Positions 1 through 10,441 of a stretch of 64,000 nucleotides of DNA are shown one piece after another (position 1 is the first letter of the stretch; every line of letters starts with the position of its first letter). A model generated the notes under the pieces. The model saw only the letters and a list, made by a program, of their open reading frames with translations. It ran no database searches and was not told where the DNA came from. The DNA is taken from assembly GCA_963821645.1 (NCBI GenBank), contig CAWGEQ010000048.1:44563-108562 (forward strand), written 5' to 3'. Made by a program: the position numbers and the translations under genes. This stretch comes from an uncultured delta proteobacterium (GTDB taxonomy: Bacteria; Desulfobacterota; RBG-13-43-22).

Positions 1-1071
1 TCCAACGACGTCTTTTGCAGCGGCATTGAACACAAGATGGGGATTCACGGCTCATCGACCTGCTCCTTGAACTTCGGCGAGAACGGCGGCTGTCGCGGTT
101 ATCTTCTGGGCGAACCCCACAGCGGCATGGCCAAGATGTTCCAGATGATGAACGAGGCCCGCATGGGCTGCGGGGTCCAGGCCCTGGGTCTGACGGCCAG
201 CGCCTACGACTGCGCCCGTCAGTATGCCAAGGAAAGGCTTCAGGGCCCTCTTTTTACCAACCGCAGCGGGGACCGGGTGCCGATTATTCAGCATGAAGAC
301 GTGCGGCGTATGCTCATGAACCTCAAGTCCGGGACCGAGGCCATGCGGGCCGTGATCGGTAAACTTTTTTATTTGATCGATATCGCCGAACATGATCCCG
401 AGGAAACGAACCGGAAAATGGCCTTTCGTCAGGTGGAGCTGCTTACCCCTCTGGTCAAGGCCTATTTTTCGGACTTTGGATACAATCTGATCCGCGATGC
501 CATGCAGGTCTTGGGCGGGGTCGGCTACTGCTCGGAGTTTCCAGTGGAACAGTATGCCCGGGACTGCAAGATCGTTTCCATCTGGGAAGGGACCAATTAT
601 ATCCAGGCCCTGGACCTGGTGGGCCGCAAGCTGGGCCTGGAAGGGGGTAAGGTTTTTCAGGATTGGATCCAGGGGATCATGAGTTTTACCAGTCAGTATA
701 AAGAAGACCCGGATTTTGCCCCGGACTGTAAGCTTCTTTTTAAGGCCGCCCAGGCCACCGGCGACTTTACCCTGCGGTTCATGCAATATTTCCAGGGGGA
801 AAAAGTCCGCTTGATCGGCTTGACGGCCACCCGTTTCCTGGATTGCTTCTCCGAGGTCCTCATGGCCCATCTCATGCTGGAACAGGGACTTGTGGCCCGA
901 AATCGGCTCAAAGAGGTTGAGGCCGGCTCGTCTGATGGGATTTTTTACCGGGGAAAAATAGAGACCGTGAAATTTTTCTGCCGGAATATCCTGACTAATG
1001 TCTTTGCCCGGCATACTTCTCTTCAGCAGGAAGATTTCTCGGCCCTGGACATTCCGGAAGAGGCCTTTTAA
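1..1071 (+). CDS. acyl-CoA dehydrogenase, C-terminal ~355 aa (5' end lies outside the window)
   Basis: Frame 1 is open from nt 1 (SNDVFCSGIEHKMGIHGSSTC...). ACAD-type motifs are present: GIHGSSTCSLNF, QYAKERLQG, VSIWEGTNYIQALDLVGRKL. Confidence 0.85.
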   Translation, partial: SNDVFCSGIEHKMGIHGSSTCSLNFGENGGCRGYLLGEPHSGMAKMFQMMNEARMGCGVQALGLTASAYDCARQYAKERLQGPLFTNRSGDRVPIIQHEDVRRMLMNLKSGTEAMRAVIGKLFYLIDIAEHDPEETNRKMAFRQVELLTPLVKAYFSDFGYNLIRDAMQVLGGVGYCSEFPVEQYARDCKIVSIWEGTNYIQALDLVGRKLGLEGGKVFQDWIQGIMSFTSQYKEDPDFAPDCKLLFKAAQATGDFTLRFMQYFQGEKVRLIGLTATRFLDCFSEVLMAHLMLEQGLVARNRLKEVEAGSSDGIFYRGKIETVKFFCRNILTNVFARHTSLQQEDFSALDIPEEAF

Positions 1072-1103
1072 AGTCGCAACCGGATTCTAATCTAACTTTT
1101 GAA

Positions 1104-1137
1104 AACCCTCTCCTGCGAATGGGAGAGGGTTTTTTTG
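1104..1137 (+). terminator. rho-independent terminator after the ACAD gene
   Basis: Stem CCCTCTCC (1106-1113) pairs with GGGAGAGGG (1121-1129). A T7 run follows at 1130-1136. Confidence 0.7.
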
Positions 1138-1165
1138 TGGGCGGCAGGAATAAAAGTAAATTCGA

Positions 1166-1984
1166 TCAGCCCCCTAAAGCTATTTTTTCCAAAAAGGTCA
1201 AGGTTCCCAATGAAGGATAATGAGTCAGGTCATAACTGATGGGGGTGAGGGTGATATATCCGGCGGATAAAAGGGCATGATCGGTGTCCGGGGTCTCTTC
1301 CGGTGGTGGCAGGATCCCGGTCTGCCAGTAATAGACGTTCTCCCGGGGATCGATGCGTCGCTCGAACCGTTCCACGAAACGGAAGGTCCCCTGTTTGACT
1401 AAGCGAATTCCCTTGATCTCAGAAAGGGGCCGGGCAGGGACATTGACATTCAAAGAAACCCCGGGTGGTAGAGGAGTTTGGATGAGGAGGTCCACAATAT
1501 CAGCCGTGATTTGAGCCGCGGTTTCAAATTCGTGGGTCTTATAGGAATCAATGGAGACGGCAATCGAGGTTAGGCCCATCATGGCCCCTTCCGTGGCGGC
1601 CGAAACGGTGCCGGAATAAATGACATTGATTCCCACATTGGGGCCCAGGTTAATGCCGGAGATGAGCAGACGGGGTGGAGGAACGATCAATTCTTTGAGG
1701 GCGATTTTGACACAGTCGGCCGGGGTCCCGCTGACCCCGTAACCGAACAAGGCCCCATTTTTTGAAATTTCCCTGACCCTGAGGGGTTGGGTCAAGGTCA
1801 GGGCATGCCCCACGGCACTCTGCTCGGATTCCGGGGCCACAACCCAAAGGGGATACTTTTTTTTAAAAACCCGGACCAGGGCCTCCAGTCCTCTGGCAAA
1901 GATACCATCATCATTGGTCAGGAGGATGCTTGGGGGGTCTGGACTTATTGGTTTCAATGGATTAGCTTCCCTAACCTCCCCCAA
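1166..1984 (-). CDS. surE: 5'/3'-nucleotidase SurE
   Basis: SurE signature ILLTNDDGIFARGLEAL near the N-terminus, plus GINLGPNVG and YSGTVSAA motifs. Confidence 0.9.
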   Translation of the reverse strand: MGEVREANPLKPISPDPPSILLTNDDGIFARGLEALVRVFKKKYPLWVVAPESEQSAVGHALTLTQPLRVREISKNGALFGYGVSGTPADCVKIALKELIVPPPRLLISGINLGPNVGINVIYSGTVSAATEGAMMGLTSIAVSIDSYKTHEFETAAQITADIVDLLIQTPLPPGVSLNVNVPARPLSEIKGIRLVKQGTFRFVERFERRIDPRENVYYWQTGILPPPEETPDTDHALLSAGYITLTPISYDLTHYPSLGTLTFLEKIALGG

Positions 1985-2607
1985 CGAACCCCGAATTCGG
2001 TACGGTCCCAGGACCAGTAGATGATAAAGGCCTGGCCGATGATCTCTTTTTGATCGACAAAGCCCCAGTATCGGCTGTCATAGCTTTCATCGCGATTGTC
2101 CCCCATGACAAAGATTTTATTGGGTGGGACAATAATCGGGCCGGTATTGTCACGAGGTTGTTCCGCTTCCGGGATGATCATCTGGTCGGAATGGACCCCG
2201 TGAGGATCTTCCATGGGCAGGTGATTGATATAAATCTTTTTGTCTATGACCTGGACCGTATCCCCCGGAAGTCCGATAACCCTTTTGATGAAGTCTTTTT
2301 TCGGGTCCACCGGATAGATAAAAACAACCACATCATTTCTTTTAGGAGAACTGATGGGGATCAAGGTGTAGTTAAGAGAGGAAAAGGGGACTCTGAGCTT
2401 TATTCCATAAATAAACTTGTTGACTAAGATGTGGTCTCCCACTAACAGGGTCGGTTTCATGGATCCTGATGGGATTTTGAAGGCCTGAACCACAAAGGCC
2501 CGTATCACCAAGGCCAAGAGAATGGCGATAATGATGGATTCGGCATATTCCCGGACGACGGATTTTTTTCGTTCAGGCCCTTGATTCCTGTTTTTTCCTT
2601 TTTCCAA
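1954..2607 (-). CDS. lepB: signal peptidase I
   Basis: N-terminal TM segment, catalytic-Ser box IPSGSMKPTLLVGD and the GDNRDESYDSRYWGF box. It overlaps the surE start, which suggests operon coupling. Confidence 0.9.
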   Translation of the reverse strand: MEKGKNRNQGPERKKSVVREYAESIIIAILLALVIRAFVVQAFKIPSGSMKPTLLVGDHILVNKFIYGIKLRVPFSSLNYTLIPISSPKRNDVVVFIYPVDPKKDFIKRVIGLPGDTVQVIDKKIYINHLPMEDPHGVHSDQMIIPEAEQPRDNTGPIIVPPNKIFVMGDNRDESYDSRYWGFVDQKEIIGQAFIIYWSWDRTEFGVRWGRLGKLIH

Positions 2608-2919
2608 ATAGTCCTCCTCTGACCGAAAGAAGATTGTTCTCGATTGAAGGAGAGGTTTAGGGCAAATACCTCGGCCTCAATATGAACGCCCCTTAAGCCC
2701 CGAAAAATCGGGGACAATTTTTTTATTTTAATTTATTTGGTCCCACTCTGTCAAGAAGACCCTCGGATTGCCTGCCCGGAAAGGGGTTCTTCTTCCTTAG
2801 GAGATCGTCGGACCGATTGAGCCTCAAGCAGGCCGTGTTGTCTTTCATAACGGGATTAGAGGCAGGAATCAAGAAAAAAGTCTTTATTTTTTTTTAAATT
2901 AAAAATAGTATCCATAAGT

Positions 2920-3477
2920 ATGGACCAATCCTTTTTGTCTAATCACCACCCGGCGCACGAAATCGACCCCCCATTCCGTTTCTGTCCCTTATGCGGCGGA
3001 AATTTAAACAAAAAAAAGTTAAAACCCTTGGAGCCGGATCGTTTGGTTTGCAGCCTCTGTTCTTTTGTCTATTATCTCGACCCCAAGGTGGCGGCGGGAA
3101 CCGTGACCCTTTTTGAAAACCGGATTGTCTTAGCCAAGAGAGGGATTTCGCCGGCCTATGGGAAGTGGGTCATCCCGGGAGGGTTTGTGGATCGGGGAGA
3201 AACTTTGGAAGAGGCAGCTATTCGGGAGACCCTGGAAGAAACCAATCTCCAGGTCCGTTTGATTAGCCTTTTGAACGTCTATTCCTATCCTGGAAAGGCC
3301 GTAGTGGTCGTGGCCTATTTGGCAGAAGCCATGGCCGGTGTTCCGGAAGCCTGTGATGAAACCCTGGAGGTGGGCTTGTTCCAATATGAGGAAATTCCCT
3401 GGGAAGACCTGGCCTTTCCCAGCACCCGGGAGGCTCTAAGAGATTACCGGAAACGATTTGCCTTACCCCGGCAATAA
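2920..3477 (+). CDS. NUDIX hydrolase with N-terminal Cys4 zinc ribbon
   Basis: Nudix box GGFVDRGETLEEAAIRETLEETNL. N-terminal CPLCGG...CSLCSF. Confidence 0.8.
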   Translation: MDQSFLSNHHPAHEIDPPFRFCPLCGGNLNKKKLKPLEPDRLVCSLCSFVYYLDPKVAAGTVTLFENRIVLAKRGISPAYGKWVIPGGFVDRGETLEEAAIRETLEETNLQVRLISLLNVYSYPGKAVVVVAYLAEAMAGVPEACDETLEVGLFQYEEIPWEDLAFPSTREALRDYRKRFALPRQ

Positions 3478-3585
3478 TTTTGTTCCCTAAGGATAAATTT
3501 TTCTTGTCAATCAGGCCGAAGACAGGTTAGAAATGCCGTTTCAATCTTGATTCACCTATTCAAAAGATAAAGGAGTACAGATAAC

Positions 3586-4881
3586 GTGGAGTTCATCAAA
3601 CCCGAAAGACTGACGGATTTAGCCGAGGAGAGGAAAGAGGCCCTGCTCAAGAGGTCTATGGAAGACATCTCGGATATTTATGAAGAGACCCGGTCCATTG
3701 TCCATGACATCCAGAAATCAGGGGAGCGGATTATTTTAGAACATTATCGAAAATATAAATCCGATATTCGGCCAAAGGACATCCTGGTCCAGCCCCAAGA
3801 AGTTCAGGCGGCCTATAAACAGGTTGATAAGGCCGTCCAGCAGGCCTTGAAACAAGCGGCCAAAAATATCGAAAAGTTCCATCGAGCCCAATTAGAAAGG
3901 GAGATGTGGGCCATTGAGGTCAGACCGGGGATCTTAGCCGGGAGGGTCAGAAGGTCCATGGAAATCATCGGGGCCTATGTTCCCGGAGGCAAGGCGAATT
4001 ACCCCTCAAGCGTACTTATGAACATTATCCCTGCCCGGGTAGCCGGGGTATCGACCGTTGTGGCCTGCACGCCGCCACAGAAAGGGATGAAGGCCGACCC
4101 GGTCACGATCGTGGCTGCAGATATTGCCGGGGCTGATTATCTATTCAAGGTGGGCGGGCCTTGGGCCATCGCCGGAATGGCCTATGGCACCAAATCCATG
4201 CCCAAGGTGGATAAGATTGTCGGCCCGGGTAATAAATATGTAACCGCGGCCAAGATGGCCGTCTTTGGGATGGTGGATATTGACTCTCCGGCCGGCCCGA
4301 GTGAGGCCCTCATTGTGGCCGACGATACCGCCAGGCCGGAGTGGATGATCTGGGATTTTCTTTCCCAAATCGAACATGATCCGGATGCCGGGGCTGTTTT
4401 GGTGACCCCCTCTCAAAAATTGGCCGAGAAGGTCTGTGAAATGATTAATCGGGAGTTGCCTGGACTGGAAAGGCGGGAAATTATTCAGGCGGCCTTGACA
4501 CGTCATTCCGCGGTCCTGGTTACTTCTACTCTCAAGGAAGCGATCGATTTTGCCAACGCCTATGCTGCCGAACATTTACAGATTGTTACCGAGGACCCCT
4601 GGATCATCCTGCCCATGATAAACCATGCCGGTTCTATTTTCATGGGTCCCTACGCACCGGTTCCGGCGGGCGATTATGCCTCGGGGACCAATCACGTTTT
4701 GCCGACCGGTGGGTGTGCCAGGATGTTTTCCGGTCTCTCAGTGGATGATTTTATCAAAAAGCCGACCTTTCAATACCTAAGCCGGAATGGATTACAGGGT
4801 CTAAAGAAGACGATCACCCTGTTGGCTAAAAAGGAAGGCCTGCCACTTCATGCCCGGGCGATCGAAGAGAGGTTTAAATAA
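3586..4881 (+). CDS. hisD: histidinol dehydrogenase
   Basis: 431-aa ORF with a GTG start behind AAAGGAG. HisD-like motifs include [22 protein letters not shown] and [13 protein letters not shown]. Confidence 0.9.
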   Translation: MEFIKPERLTDLAEERKEALLKRSMEDISDIYEETRSIVHDIQKSGERIILEHYRKYKSDIRPKDILVQPQEVQAAYKQVDKAVQQALKQAAKNIEKFHRAQLEREMWAIEVRPGILAGRVRRSMEIIGAYVPGGKANYPSSVLMNIIPARVAGVSTVVACTPPQKGMKADPVTIVAADIAGADYLFKVGGPWAIAGMAYGTKSMPKVDKIVGPGNKYVTAAKMAVFGMVDIDSPAGPSEALIVADDTARPEWMIWDFLSQIEHDPDAGAVLVTPSQKLAEKVCEMINRELPGLERREIIQAALTRHSAVLVTSTLKEAIDFANAYAAEHLQIVTEDPWIILPMINHAGSIFMGPYAPVPAGDYASGTNHVLPTGGCARMFSGLSVDDFIKKPTFQYLSRNGLQGLKKTITLLAKKEGLPLHARAIEERFK

Positions 4882-4887
4882 TAAGAC

Positions 4888-4964
4888 AGGTATAAGGTAT
4901 AAGGTTATAGGTTTTAGGTTCAAGGGAAAGACCGTATACCGTAAACCTTACACCTTAGACCTTG
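4888..4964. repeat. 7-nt-periodic inverted repeat: (AAGGTWY)n arm and (RWACCTT)n arm forming an imperfect long hairpin
   Basis: Left arm is aggtataaggtataaggttataggttttaggttcaagg. Right arm is accgtataccgtaaaccttacaccttagaccttg. It sits between convergent hisD and iorB and belongs to the same family as 32368-32443, 59380-59448 and 62575-62649. Confidence 0.6.
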
Positions 4965-5554
4965 TTTTTATCGGCCGCCTCAAAGCCCAGGTCAAAGGCC
5001 TTCAGATTGATGGCCCATAACTTTTGCTTCAGGTTCATCTTGAGGGTCTCTTTGATTTGATCGGCCGTGACGGGAACGGTATTGCTTTGGACCAAGGCCC
5101 CAAGCATGACCACATTGACGGCCATGGCCGATCCGGCCTCTTCGGCCAGGGCGTCGGCATTCAAGGCGATCAATCGCTTGACCTTCTTTTGAATCAGACC
5201 CAGGGCCTCTTTGATATTCGGATAGACCCCCTTGCCTACGGCTACGGTAAAGGGCATCAAGGGGGTGACATTGGTTATCACCGTCGTCTCATTGGAACAT
5301 TTCCCCATGGCCCGCAAGGTCTCGGAGGGTTCAAAGCCGATCAAAACATCGGCCTCCCCATCGGAAACGATGGAGCTCAAGGCCCCGCCTAAGACCACGG
5401 CCGATTCGACCACACCGCCCCGCTGGGCCATGCCATGAACCTCGCTGACGTTGACCGGAATCCCGGCTAATAAGGCGGCTTCTCCTAAGACTCGGGAGGA
5501 GAGCAGGTTCCCCTGTCCTCCAACTCCGACAAAAACAATCCGTTTGATATCCAT
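4955..5554 (-). CDS. iorB: indolepyruvate:ferredoxin oxidoreductase subunit beta
   Basis: 199 aa with N-terminal VGVGGQGNLL...HGMAQRGG, typical of the IorB/gamma-type 2-oxoacid oxidoreductase domain. It lies directly downstream of iorA. Confidence 0.85.
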   Translation of the reverse strand: MDIKRIVFVGVGGQGNLLSSRVLGEAALLAGIPVNVSEVHGMAQRGGVVESAVVLGGALSSIVSDGEADVLIGFEPSETLRAMGKCSNETTVITNVTPLMPFTVAVGKGVYPNIKEALGLIQKKVKRLIALNADALAEEAGSAMAVNVVMLGALVQSNTVPVTADQIKETLKMNLKQKLWAINLKAFDLGFEAADKNKV

Positions 5555-5566
5555 AAGGCCCTCCTG

Positions 5567-7414
5567 TTATTTCCTGGGCAGAATAGCGTGTTCCGGGCAG
5601 ACCTGAGCGCAGACCGCACAGCCGATGCACTGGTTTTCGTTGATTTGAACCCGGCCATCTTCGACAAAAAAGGCCGGACAGGCAAATAAATTGACACAGT
5701 CCCGATGGTCCTTGCACCGGCTTTGGTTGATCATAAAGGTGCGTGACTTGGTCGAAGGGGCCACTTTTTTGGCGTACAGGGGGCAGATCTCTTTGGAGAT
5801 GATCACCGAAACCCCATCGTAGTCCAAGGCTTTTTGGACGGCCTCCATGGTCTCCTTAACTTTCCGGGGAGCGACGACGGAGATCTGTTTGACCCCGATC
5901 CCTCGTACCACCTCCTCGATGGAGATTCGGGTATTGGGTTGTCCCAAAAGGGCCATATCCACGCCGGGGTGGGGCTGATGCCCGGTCATGGCCGTGGTTT
6001 CATTGTCCAGGATGACCAGGGTAAACCGATGGTTGTTGTGTACGGCGTTGACCAGACCGGTGATACCGGAATGGAAAAAGGTGGAATCGCCGATAAAGGC
6101 AATGACCCGCTTCCCCGTGGCCTTGGAAAATCCGGCAGCCGAACTGACACTGGAACCCATGCAGATCAGAAAATCGGCCATACTCAAGGGCGGGAGCATG
6201 CCCAGGGTATAACAACCGATGTCGGTAGGATAGATAGCCTCCTCGCCGGCTACTTTCTTGACCGCATAAAAGGTCGATCGATGGGGGCACCCGGGACAAA
6301 GATTGGGGGGCCGGCCGGGAAGGGGGGGAATATCGGAAAGATCTACCGCCTTTCGACCCTCATCGGGCAAACAAAAATACTGGGCGATGGAGGTGCGGAC
6401 ACGGGCAGGTTCGTATTCGAAGAGGCGGCTGAGCTTACCGATCCCTTTGCCCTTAATAGGAATGTTCCTTCCCATGGTCTGGGCCAGGGCCCGCAAGGCT
6501 TCCTCCATGATGGGCTCCAACTCCTCCACTACCAAAACCTGGTCGACCGTATTGAGGAATTTTTTGCCCATTTCTTCCGGGAAGGGATAAGAAAATCCGA
6601 CCTTCAAGACGGTAAAAGAATTTTTGACCTTCAGGTCTTCCAGGGCATCCTGTACGTAAGCAAAGCTGACCCCCTGGGTAACGATTCCCCGTTTTCCGGT
6701 TCCGATGATTTCGTTAAAAGGAGAACGGTTGGAGATTTGTAAGGCCTGATCGTATTTCTCTATGAGTTTTATATGCAGGTTTCTAGACACGGCCGGCACC
6801 GTGACATAACTGAAGGGATCTTTTTTAAAAAACCCCTGGGTCTGCCTGGGTTTTATTTCGCCCAGGGTGACGACACCCCGAGAATGGTTGACGCGGGTTG
6901 TGGTCCTCAGCAGCACCGGTACTTTTAATTTTTCGGACAGGTCGAAGGCGGCCAGGGTCATGTCTTTGGCCTCTTGAGGCGTCGTCGGCTCCAGCATGGG
7001 CAGTCCGGAAATCCGGGCGTAGTAACGGTTGTCCTGCTCATTTTGACTGGAAAAGAGAGAGGGGTCATCGGCCGTCAGGATGACCATGCCCCCGATTACC
7101 CCGGTATAGGCTAAGGTCATCAGGGGATCGGCGGCCACATTTAGTCCCACATGCTTCATGGTAACCATGGTCCGCAAACCGGAAACCGCCGCCCCGGCGG
7201 CAACTTCCAGGGCGACCTTCTCATTGGTCGAGTATTCAAAATAGAGGTCCGATTCCTGGTTGATTTGATAGAAATTTAAAGCCACTTCCGAGGAGGGGGT
7301 TCCCGGATAAGCAGTCGCAAAAGCCAATCCGGCTTCAATGGCCCCTCGGGCAATGGCCTCGTTACCCAACAACAACATCTTTTCTCCGGATTTTCCTTTT
7401 AATAATTCATGCAT
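5567..7414 (-). CDS. iorA: indolepyruvate:ferredoxin oxidoreductase subunit alpha
   Basis: 615 aa with a TPP-binding region (GDSTFFHSG) and a C-terminal 2x[4Fe-4S] cluster (CxxCxxCxxxCP: CIGCAVCAQVCPEHAI). Confidence 0.9.
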   Translation of the reverse strand: MHELLKGKSGEKMLLLGNEAIARGAIEAGLAFATAYPGTPSSEVALNFYQINQESDLYFEYSTNEKVALEVAAGAAVSGLRTMVTMKHVGLNVAADPLMTLAYTGVIGGMVILTADDPSLFSSQNEQDNRYYARISGLPMLEPTTPQEAKDMTLAAFDLSEKLKVPVLLRTTTRVNHSRGVVTLGEIKPRQTQGFFKKDPFSYVTVPAVSRNLHIKLIEKYDQALQISNRSPFNEIIGTGKRGIVTQGVSFAYVQDALEDLKVKNSFTVLKVGFSYPFPEEMGKKFLNTVDQVLVVEELEPIMEEALRALAQTMGRNIPIKGKGIGKLSRLFEYEPARVRTSIAQYFCLPDEGRKAVDLSDIPPLPGRPPNLCPGCPHRSTFYAVKKVAGEEAIYPTDIGCYTLGMLPPLSMADFLICMGSSVSSAAGFSKATGKRVIAFIGDSTFFHSGITGLVNAVHNNHRFTLVILDNETTAMTGHQPHPGVDMALLGQPNTRISIEEVVRGIGVKQISVVAPRKVKETMEAVQKALDYDGVSVIISKEICPLYAKKVAPSTKSRTFMINQSRCKDHRDCVNLFACPAFFVEDGRVQINENQCIGCAVCAQVCPEHAILPRK

Positions 7415-7561
7415 GGTCTCACTCCTTAAATCGAAAATGCCGACAGGTGCCCTTTATATCCGATTGAGGCTGACAGGGACTTCAAACGAGTTTTGTGTCG
7501 TTCCTGAATAGTTATATTGTAGCTACGCTATCTCTTTAGAAACGCCTTGTCAAGGTAAAAC

Positions 7562-8227
7562 CTAACCGTTCAATCTTCCCAAACGATCTTTGACCATGGG
7601 GGCAAAAGTCGATTTAGGAAAGGATTGGAGAAAATTCTGGTAAGTGGCTTTGGCCTCTTGGGATTTGCCCATCTTTTGATAAACCCGGGCCAGACTTAAA
7701 AGGATATCCTCTTTCAAAAGATTCTCTTTCTCCCGGGAGAGTTCTGAAAATATTTTAGCGGCCTGCTGGAGATAGCCCTGTTCCTCGTAGGCATAAGCCA
7801 GATCCTCCAAGATCAGGACCCTGAAAGGGGAGGGGAATTTCCCTTGATTCAGCGCCGACCGGTATGCCCAAGCGGCCCTGGGGAAATCTTTTTTCTGGTA
7901 ATAGAGTTGTCCCAGAGTCACCCAGGAGGCATAGGCAGCCTTGGTCCTGGGGTAATCTTTGACGAGGGCCTCTAACTGTTTTATTCTCTGATTCGAATCG
8001 GTTGATTCCTGGATGGTAAAATATTTTTCATGGGCTTGTCTTTCCTGACGGTTTTGATAAGCCGAATACCCAAAAAAAAGAATTAGAAGTAAGACCACCG
8101 CCGAGCCCAGCCAGATTACCGTTGGATAGTTTTCTTTCACCCAACTCAGAATCTGGGTGGAAAGGGTGAGAAACTCGTCGGGCCTTTTCAGCATTTCTTT
8201 CCTGGTGATTTTTTTCTTCCTGGCCAT
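7562..8227 (-). CDS. membrane-anchored TPR-repeat protein (YfgM-like architecture)
   Basis: One N-terminal TM helix (VIWLGSAVVLLLILFFGY) followed by TPR-like helical repeats. Confidence 0.6.
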   Translation of the reverse strand: MARKKKITRKEMLKRPDEFLTLSTQILSWVKENYPTVIWLGSAVVLLLILFFGYSAYQNRQERQAHEKYFTIQESTDSNQRIKQLEALVKDYPRTKAAYASWVTLGQLYYQKKDFPRAAWAYRSALNQGKFPSPFRVLILEDLAYAYEEQGYLQQAAKIFSELSREKENLLKEDILLSLARVYQKMGKSQEAKATYQNFLQSFPKSTFAPMVKDRLGRLNG

Positions 8228-8274
8228 GAAATCCTTTCCTATGCTTTAATCGTTCAGAATTCGTTGCTGAAAGC

Positions 8275-9306
8275 TCAGAGGAAAAAAGGGTCTAATTTCG
8301 TCTTCGAGCCTTGGGCTTTCAGCACTCTTTTGCTTCTGTCCATCGCCATCTTGGCGGCCCCCAGGATCCCACTTTTTTCTCCTAAGGACGAAATCCGGAT
8401 CGACACCCGGTCCGGTGGCATCATGGTCAATCGTTTTTTAAATTCTTTTTCCAGATATGGCAAGAAAATTGTGGCTGCCTTGCTGACACCGCCTCCCAAG
8501 ACCACCCCTTCTATCCCCAGGGTATGAACGAGATTGGCAAGGGCAATTCCAAGAAATTTCCCCATTTCGGCAAAGAGGGAGAGGCAAAAAGGGTCTCCTT
8601 GCCGGGCCGTCTCATAGAGGAGCTTGGCCGAAATATCCCTTGACCCTTCTGCGAGGGTTTCCCTGAGAAGGGTGGGAATTTTTTTATCCAACCCCTGTTG
8701 GGCCTTTTTTACCAGATAAGGGGCTGAGGCCAGGGTCTCCAGGCAGCCCCGGTTGCCGCAATTACACCGGTCTCCCTTTGGTAGAACGGTCGTATGACCG
8801 AATTCGGGACCGCTTCCTTGACTACCGTACCAGGGTCGCCCATTGAGGATAAGTCCGCTTCCCACGCCGGTTCCTAAGGTTAAGCAGGCAAAATGAGTCA
8901 GATCCTTTCCGGCCCCGACCCATTTTTCGCCGTAGGTTACCACATTGGCGTCATTATCAATAAAGGCAGGTAGTCCGACCTCAGTGGATATAACACGGGC
9001 TAAAGGCACCTCTTTCCAGTCCGGGAAATTCGGCGAGAGGCGAACAATCCCTTCATCCCGGTCAATCATACCCGGAGATCCCAGGCCGATTAATCCCGGT
9101 GATGCCCATTTTTTCTTTGAAATTTCGACGAGCTGCTTAATGATCCGTACGATTTTTTTTAATACCTGATCCTTTCCCATTTTAACGTCTGTCGCATAAT
9201 TTTTCGAAAAGAGGACCTCCCCGTTTATGTCGATCAAGCCTGTTTTGATCCGTGTGCCTCCCAGGTCGATCCCAATTATTGTGGATGCTCCCTTGGCCAT
9301 GGCCAT
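8275..9306 (-). CDS. ROK-family glucokinase / sugar kinase
   Basis: IGIDLGGTRIK ATP-binding start and the ROK Cys motif CNCGNRGCLE. The start is moved to the internal Met (MAMAKGAS), which sits directly before the conserved N-terminus. Confidence 0.8.
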   Translation of the reverse strand: MAMAKGASTIIGIDLGGTRIKTGLIDINGEVLFSKNYATDVKMGKDQVLKKIVRIIKQLVEISKKKWASPGLIGLGSPGMIDRDEGIVRLSPNFPDWKEVPLARVISTEVGLPAFIDNDANVVTYGEKWVGAGKDLTHFACLTLGTGVGSGLILNGRPWYGSQGSGPEFGHTTVLPKGDRCNCGNRGCLETLASAPYLVKKAQQGLDKKIPTLLRETLAEGSRDISAKLLYETARQGDPFCLSLFAEMGKFLGIALANLVHTLGIEGVVLGGGVSKAATIFLPYLEKEFKKRLTMMPPDRVSIRISSLGEKSGILGAAKMAMDRSKRVLKAQGSKTKLDPFFL

Positions 9307-9500
9307 CCTTTCAACTTTAAGGGAATGAAAATAACAAAAAAGATGAATCAAATCCGCTTTTTTTTCTTTCTTTTAACATTTTTTGCCTGCCAAGACCACA
9401 TCTGAATAGGACTTTCTTAAAAAAAAGGAAATTTGTTCTATAACATATTGAAATTTAACATAATCCATAAAAAATGAAATTTATGTGATAATTAATATAG

Positions 9501-9528
9501 TTGACAAGAAATTTTTTTCTGCTATAAA
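9501..9528 (+). promoter_or_regulatory. candidate sigma-70 promoter for the lytic transglycosylase gene
   Basis: TTGACA (9501-9506), a 16-nt spacer, then TATAAA (9523-9528), in an AT-rich intergenic region. Confidence 0.4.
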
Positions 9529-9700
9529 TAAAACCATAAAATAAAAATTTAGGACTGGAAAATGGATATTACCTGGGGGAGATCTTCAGAGATGCTTGCT
9601 TTTTTAAGTGGGATTCTGGGCCTATCCATTCAGTTCACCGGGGTCTTTTTTTTATATCAGAAGGGTATAGAAGGTTGTTTATCAAATAAAGGTGATTCCT

Positions 9701-10300
9701 ATGCAAAGTCTTTATATAAAAAAAATATCGATTGGTCTGGTTCTTATCACTCTATCAGGCGTAAATGGTTTCTATCTTTTAGGGACGGCCCAGGACCAGC
9801 TCGACCCAAATTTGGTTTCAAATCGGATTGACCTGCCCATTAACTTCCCTGAAAAGACCCTATCCCATTTGACGCTGACCTCCCAGGAATTAGAGTCGTC
9901 AGTCACCACCTATGACCACTGGATTAAGGCCGCCTGCCGCAAACATTCCCTGGATCCTGCCCTGGTCAAGGCCGTAATCCACGCCGAATCCCAATTTGAC
10001 CCCCTGGCGGTTTCCCCAAAGGGGGCCATAGGACTGATGCAAATAGATCCCAATACGGTCAGGGAATTAGGGATAAAGGACCCCTTTAATCCCAAATATA
10101 ATATCGATGGGGGAGTGCGTTATCTCAAGGACTTGCTGGATGCCTTCGAAGGAGACCAGAAATTGGCCCTGGCCGCTTATAACGCCGGCCCCACCCAGGT
10201 CCACCGGCATAATGGTGTGCCTCCCTTTAAAGATACCAAAAATTATCTCAAACGGGTTTTTCGGTATCTGGCCTATTATCAGAAAAACCTGATCAGTTAA
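9701..10300 (+). CDS. lytic transglycosylase (SLT domain), exported
   Basis: Signal-like N-terminus. SLT catalytic region AVIHAESQFDPLAVSPKGAIGLMQI and AAYNAGP. ATG 9701 is preferred over GTG 9692 because of the AGGTGA Shine-Dalgarno sequence. Confidence 0.8.
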   Translation: MQSLYIKKISIGLVLITLSGVNGFYLLGTAQDQLDPNLVSNRIDLPINFPEKTLSHLTLTSQELESSVTTYDHWIKAACRKHSLDPALVKAVIHAESQFDPLAVSPKGAIGLMQIDPNTVRELGIKDPFNPKYNIDGGVRYLKDLLDAFEGDQKLALAAYNAGPTQVHRHNGVPPFKDTKNYLKRVFRYLAYYQKNLIS

Positions 10301-10441
10301 TCAGTTAAAATGTTCGTTCCTGCCTTATTCGCCCAACCTCAAGGAACACGAGGTCTATCAAAACATCCTCCGAATTTTTTATCCTTACGGGAATAACTTT
10401 TTCTTTCCCTAATCAGGAAGTTATGTTAAGGAAGAAGGCTT

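Noticed and set aside
52-1014. Long antisense ORFs opposite well-supported genes. Examples are 52..1014(-), 5834..6742(+), 22184..22975(-), 24151..24666(-), 30294..31052(-), 36765..37259(-), 42399..43046(-), 44070..45272(-) and 52600..53205(-).
   Set aside because: They overlap conserved genes on the other strand. Their composition is low-complexity and rich in Gly, Arg, Pro and Asp. They contain no recognisable motifs. They are typical shadow ORFs of GC-biased coding DNA.
2697-2725. A small hairpin CCCCG-aaaaat-CGGGG followed by a T-run, between divergent lepB and the NUDIX gene (possible sRNA terminator).
   Set aside because: The stem is only 5 bp. It lies in a divergent promoter region with no upstream plus-strand transcript evident. 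The evidence is insufficient.
9562-9831. An 89-aa ORF upstream of and overlapping the lytic transglycosylase gene.
   Set aside because: It overlaps the better-supported SLT ORF out of frame and has no motif. Only its first ~40 codons (a hydrophobic segment) could be real, and that cannot be supported from sequence alone.
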